64,000 nt of DNA from the NCBI GenBank assembly GCA_949300365.1, contig CASGEC010000002.1, positions 4,961-68,960 of the forward strand, written 5' to 3'. Position 1 is the first letter of the stretch. Each line of letters starts with the position of its first letter. Source of the DNA: an uncultured Bacillota bacterium (GTDB lineage Bacteria; Bacillota_I; Bacilli_A; RFN20; CAG-288). Made by a program: the position numbers and the translations under genes. Shown here piece after piece: positions 61,890-64,000 of this stretch. The notes below the pieces were generated by a model. That model ran no database searches, had not been told where the DNA came from, and saw only the letters and a program-made list of their open reading frames with translations.

Positions 61890-61966
61890 CGGGACATAGC
61901 GCAGCTTGGTAGCGCACTTCCTTGGGGTGGAAGGGGTCATGAGTTCAAATCTCATTGTTCCGACCA
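61890..61966 (+). tRNA. tRNA-Pro (anticodon GGG), CCA encoded
   Basis: Hand fold: acceptor CGGGACA/TGTTCCG, anticodon loop TTGGGGT, T-loop TTCAAAT. Confidence 0.9.
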
Positions 61967-63184
61967 TTTGGACAAATCGGCTTGGATGTCCAAGCCGTTT
62001 TTATTTTTATGTACATTATCGGAAATCGGCTCTTCTTGGGCGAGGAGCTCCGAAAGGCGCTCGACGGCGGAGTTCATCGTCTTCGGGTAGAGGTGGGCGT
62101 AGACTTTCGACGTGATCTCGATCGACGAGTGCCCGACGAGCTTCGAGACGACGGCCATGTCCGTGCCGGCGTTCACCAGGAACGAGACGTAGGAGTGTCG
62201 GAGGTCGTGGATGCGGATGTGCGGGACGCCGGCTTCCCTCTCGATGCTGTCCTTGACCAGGGCGGCCGTCGAGTCGGGTATCGGCCTCTCCCCGCCGATG
62301 AGGAAGAGCTCCTCCCTGGAAAGCCCCGTCGCATCCAGGAGATAGGCGACGTGCTCCCGTATCATCGTGGCGAGCTCATCCGGTATCGGGACGTCCCGGA
62401 CGGACGACTTCGTCTTCGGGTTCGTGACGAGGTATGACGACCCCGGCATCTTCTCGTTGATCGACTTCGTCACGGAGAGGTAGGGGACGTCCCCGTCGTG
62501 GAAGTCGCGGACGAGGAGGGCGTTGGCCTCGCCCTTGCGCATGCCGGAAAGGATCATGGTGGCGATGTAGACCCGAACCTTCCTCAGCGTGAGGACCTTC
62601 GTGGGGCTTTTCTCGGTGGCGATTCTCTTCTCTATCGTCGCCATCCATCGCCGGAACTCCTCCAGCGTCCAGAAGTGGAGGGGCTCCCGTTCCGTCGTCA
62701 CGACGTTCGGGTCCTCCCGGAAGTTCCTCGCCCTCGTGGCGGCGTCGTTGTCGATGGAGAGCTCCTGCCTGGCGAAGGAGAACATGCGCCTCAGTATTTT
62801 GAATATCCTCTTCCGGTAGTCGAGCGTGAGGTCCAGCTCCTCGATGCCCGCCTTCCACTGGTTTATGTCCGCCGTGGTGATGTCGCCTATCGCCATCCTC
62901 CCGAAGTAGGGGATGAGGTAGATCCGGAGGGTCGTCGAGTAGGCAGAGATGCTCGTCCGGCGCAATGTCTTTATCGCCCTTTCGAGGAAGATCTCCGCCA
63001 CCTCGGCGAAGGTGATGCGAGGGTCGGCGCGTCCGGTGCATCGGGCACGAAGGCTCGCCTCGACGATGTAGGCCTCCTTCCTCGTCGGGACGCTCCTGGA
63101 GATCGTCCGGCTTTTCCCGTGTATGTCCCGGTAGCCAACTGTCACCCTCCACTTTCCGTTCTCCTTCGTCTTCGAGATGGACAT
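61952..63184 (-). CDS. int: tyrosine recombinase / phage-type integrase
   Basis: Catalytic-domain motifs GMRKGE, HDLRHSYVS and the KVYAHLY tyrosine. The last four codons and the stop lie within the tRNA-Pro 3' end. Confidence 0.9.
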   Translation of the reverse strand: MSISKTKENGKWRVTVGYRDIHGKSRTISRSVPTRKEAYIVEASLRARCTGRADPRITFAEVAEIFLERAIKTLRRTSISAYSTTLRIYLIPYFGRMAIGDITTADINQWKAGIEELDLTLDYRKRIFKILRRMFSFARQELSIDNDAATRARNFREDPNVVTTEREPLHFWTLEEFRRWMATIEKRIATEKSPTKVLTLRKVRVYIATMILSGMRKGEANALLVRDFHDGDVPYLSVTKSINEKMPGSSYLVTNPKTKSSVRDVPIPDELATMIREHVAYLLDATGLSREELFLIGGERPIPDSTAALVKDSIEREAGVPHIRIHDLRHSYVSFLVNAGTDMAVVSKLVGHSSIEITSKVYAHLYPKTMNSAVERLSELLAQEEPISDNVHKNKNGLDIQADLSKWSEQ

Positions 63185-63206
63185 GTGGGTCCCTCCTTCC
63201 TGTCAA

Positions 63207-63506
63207 TCAATCGTACATCTTTCCGCACCTGTCGTTGATGGTTATTCCGAGAAAGTTCGAGAGCGTCCGAATGCCCTTCTCCGTGATGGACATGCAGGTC
63301 CCATTCCTTTCGAGCATTCCCTTCCTTTCCAGCGAGAGGCAGACCGGGACGATCCCTCCTATCGGGATGACGAAGTTCTGCGTCATGTAGTGGCACTGGA
63401 GGCGGAGGGCGGAGACGAGGCTCGACGTGTTGAGGAGGCCTACGCAGATGAGGAGGCAATGGAACTCCGTCGACGTGATGCCGTCATATTTCCTTCTTCC
63501 CGCCAT
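63207..63506 (-). CDS. small winged-helix DNA-binding protein (element-encoded)
   Basis: 99 aa. The LERKGMLERNGTCMSITEKG pattern is typical of MarR/wHTH recognition helix plus wing. Confidence 0.45.
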   Translation of the reverse strand: MAGRRKYDGITSTEFHCLLICVGLLNTSSLVSALRLQCHYMTQNFVIPIGGIVPVCLSLERKGMLERNGTCMSITEKGIRTLSNFLGITINDRCGKMYD

Positions 63507-63846
63507 GTCTCGCTCCTTTCGACGGGTGCCTTATCCCCTTTCCGATGAGCCATTTCCGGAACTGGGACTTCTTCGTCCCTATCCGCTCCGGGCACGGCAT
63601 GCGGCCTTCTCCCCATCCCTTGGCGTCCTTCCCGACGGGAATGTAGTTCGTCCGATGGACGATCAGGAGCCCGTCCCGGTCGACGTGGCCTGCGAAGTAG
63701 CGGAAGGAGGGGTCCTCGGCCGCCATCCGTCGGTATTTCTCCACCCAGAAGGAATACCGTTTCGCGGGAATCCCGAAGCATGTCGGGAACTCCCGGAAGA
63801 AGACGCCGTCCTCGCTGTCCCAGCAGGCAAGATACTCGTGGGTCAT
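63484..63846 (-). CDS. hypothetical element protein
   Basis: Start set at ATG 63846 (MTHEYLACWDSEDG), ATGA-coupled to the upstream partial ORF. Confidence 0.4.
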   Translation of the reverse strand: MTHEYLACWDSEDGVFFREFPTCFGIPAKRYSFWVEKYRRMAAEDPSFRYFAGHVDRDGLLIVHRTNYIPVGKDAKGWGEGRMPCPERIGTKKSQFRKWLIGKGIRHPSKGARHGGKKEI

Positions 63847-64000
63847 TCCCTGTCCCTCCCGAAGACGGTCTTGGGGTATGGGGCGGCGAAGCCGACGATC
63901 GGTATCTCGTCGAGCACCTCCCTCGACCTGTACAGGAACACGTCGTCCCACTTTCCCGAGTACTTGACCTCCTTCGCCCTCCCCAGCGCGTCCATCAGCG
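63843..64000 (-). CDS. C-terminal fragment of an element gene (..KYSGKWDDVFLYRSREVLDEIPIVGFAAPYPKTVFGRDRE*)
   Basis: Open minus-strand frame from the window edge to TGA 63845-63843. Confidence 0.35.
   Translation of the reverse strand, partial: LMDALGRAKEVKYSGKWDDVFLYRSREVLDEIPIVGFAAPYPKTVFGRDRE

Larger units (their letters stand above)
61952..64000. mobile_element. left end of a GC-rich integrative element (prophage or ICE/IME) inserted at tRNA-Pro; continues beyond the window
   Basis: Integrase abuts the tRNA 3' end. Hand-counted GC is 39/60 at 62041-62100 versus 29/60 at 60001-60060. Gene strand switches. Confidence 0.75.

Noticed and set aside
62376-63238. 276-aa and 246-aa ORFs overlapping the integrase gene in other frames.
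   Set aside because: High GC in the element removes stop codons. The products are R/G/P/E-rich, while the integrase frame carries the catalytic motifs.

Overview
This 64-kb chromosomal segment is from a roughly 50% GC bacterium with strongly C-ending codons. RNase HIII, SufCDSUB with SufU, GatCAB, PcrA and a Csn2-type CRISPR locus point to Bacillota or Mollicutes-related ancestry. Most of the window is housekeeping: pcrA-ligA, gatCAB, tgt-queA-queH, sufCDSUB, mnmG, purB, ileS-lspA-rluD, rnhC, mutS2-uvrC and mutY.

Three compositionally distinct accessory patches stand out:
- A complete, low-GC type II-A CRISPR-Cas locus sits next to tRNA-Ala. It has cas9 (1439 aa), cas1, cas2, csn2 and a 10-repeat array. 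I can also read a tracrRNA gene and back-to-back cas9/tracrRNA promoters from the sequence.
- A lower-GC patch holds a marR-ABC operon with a repeated palindromic operator, an HTH-polytopic membrane protein and a GT8 glycosyltransferase.
- A GC-rich integrative element, whose tyrosine integrase ends inside tRNA-Pro, runs off the right edge.

Smaller oddities:
- a mini-ORF with an SD-sequestering hairpin and converging terminators upstream of pcrA
- an OST-HTH/DUF3825-like protein coupled to a GNAT
- a TVP38-GNAT fusion
- two apparently leaderless genes
- a promoter nested in a terminator in front of ileS, which has no T-box

I found no clearly new multi-gene system. The best leads are the uncharacterised Cas9 ortholog with its tracrRNA and promoter architecture, and the truncated tRNA-Pro element. 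All family calls come from motif recognition by eye, with no searches run.
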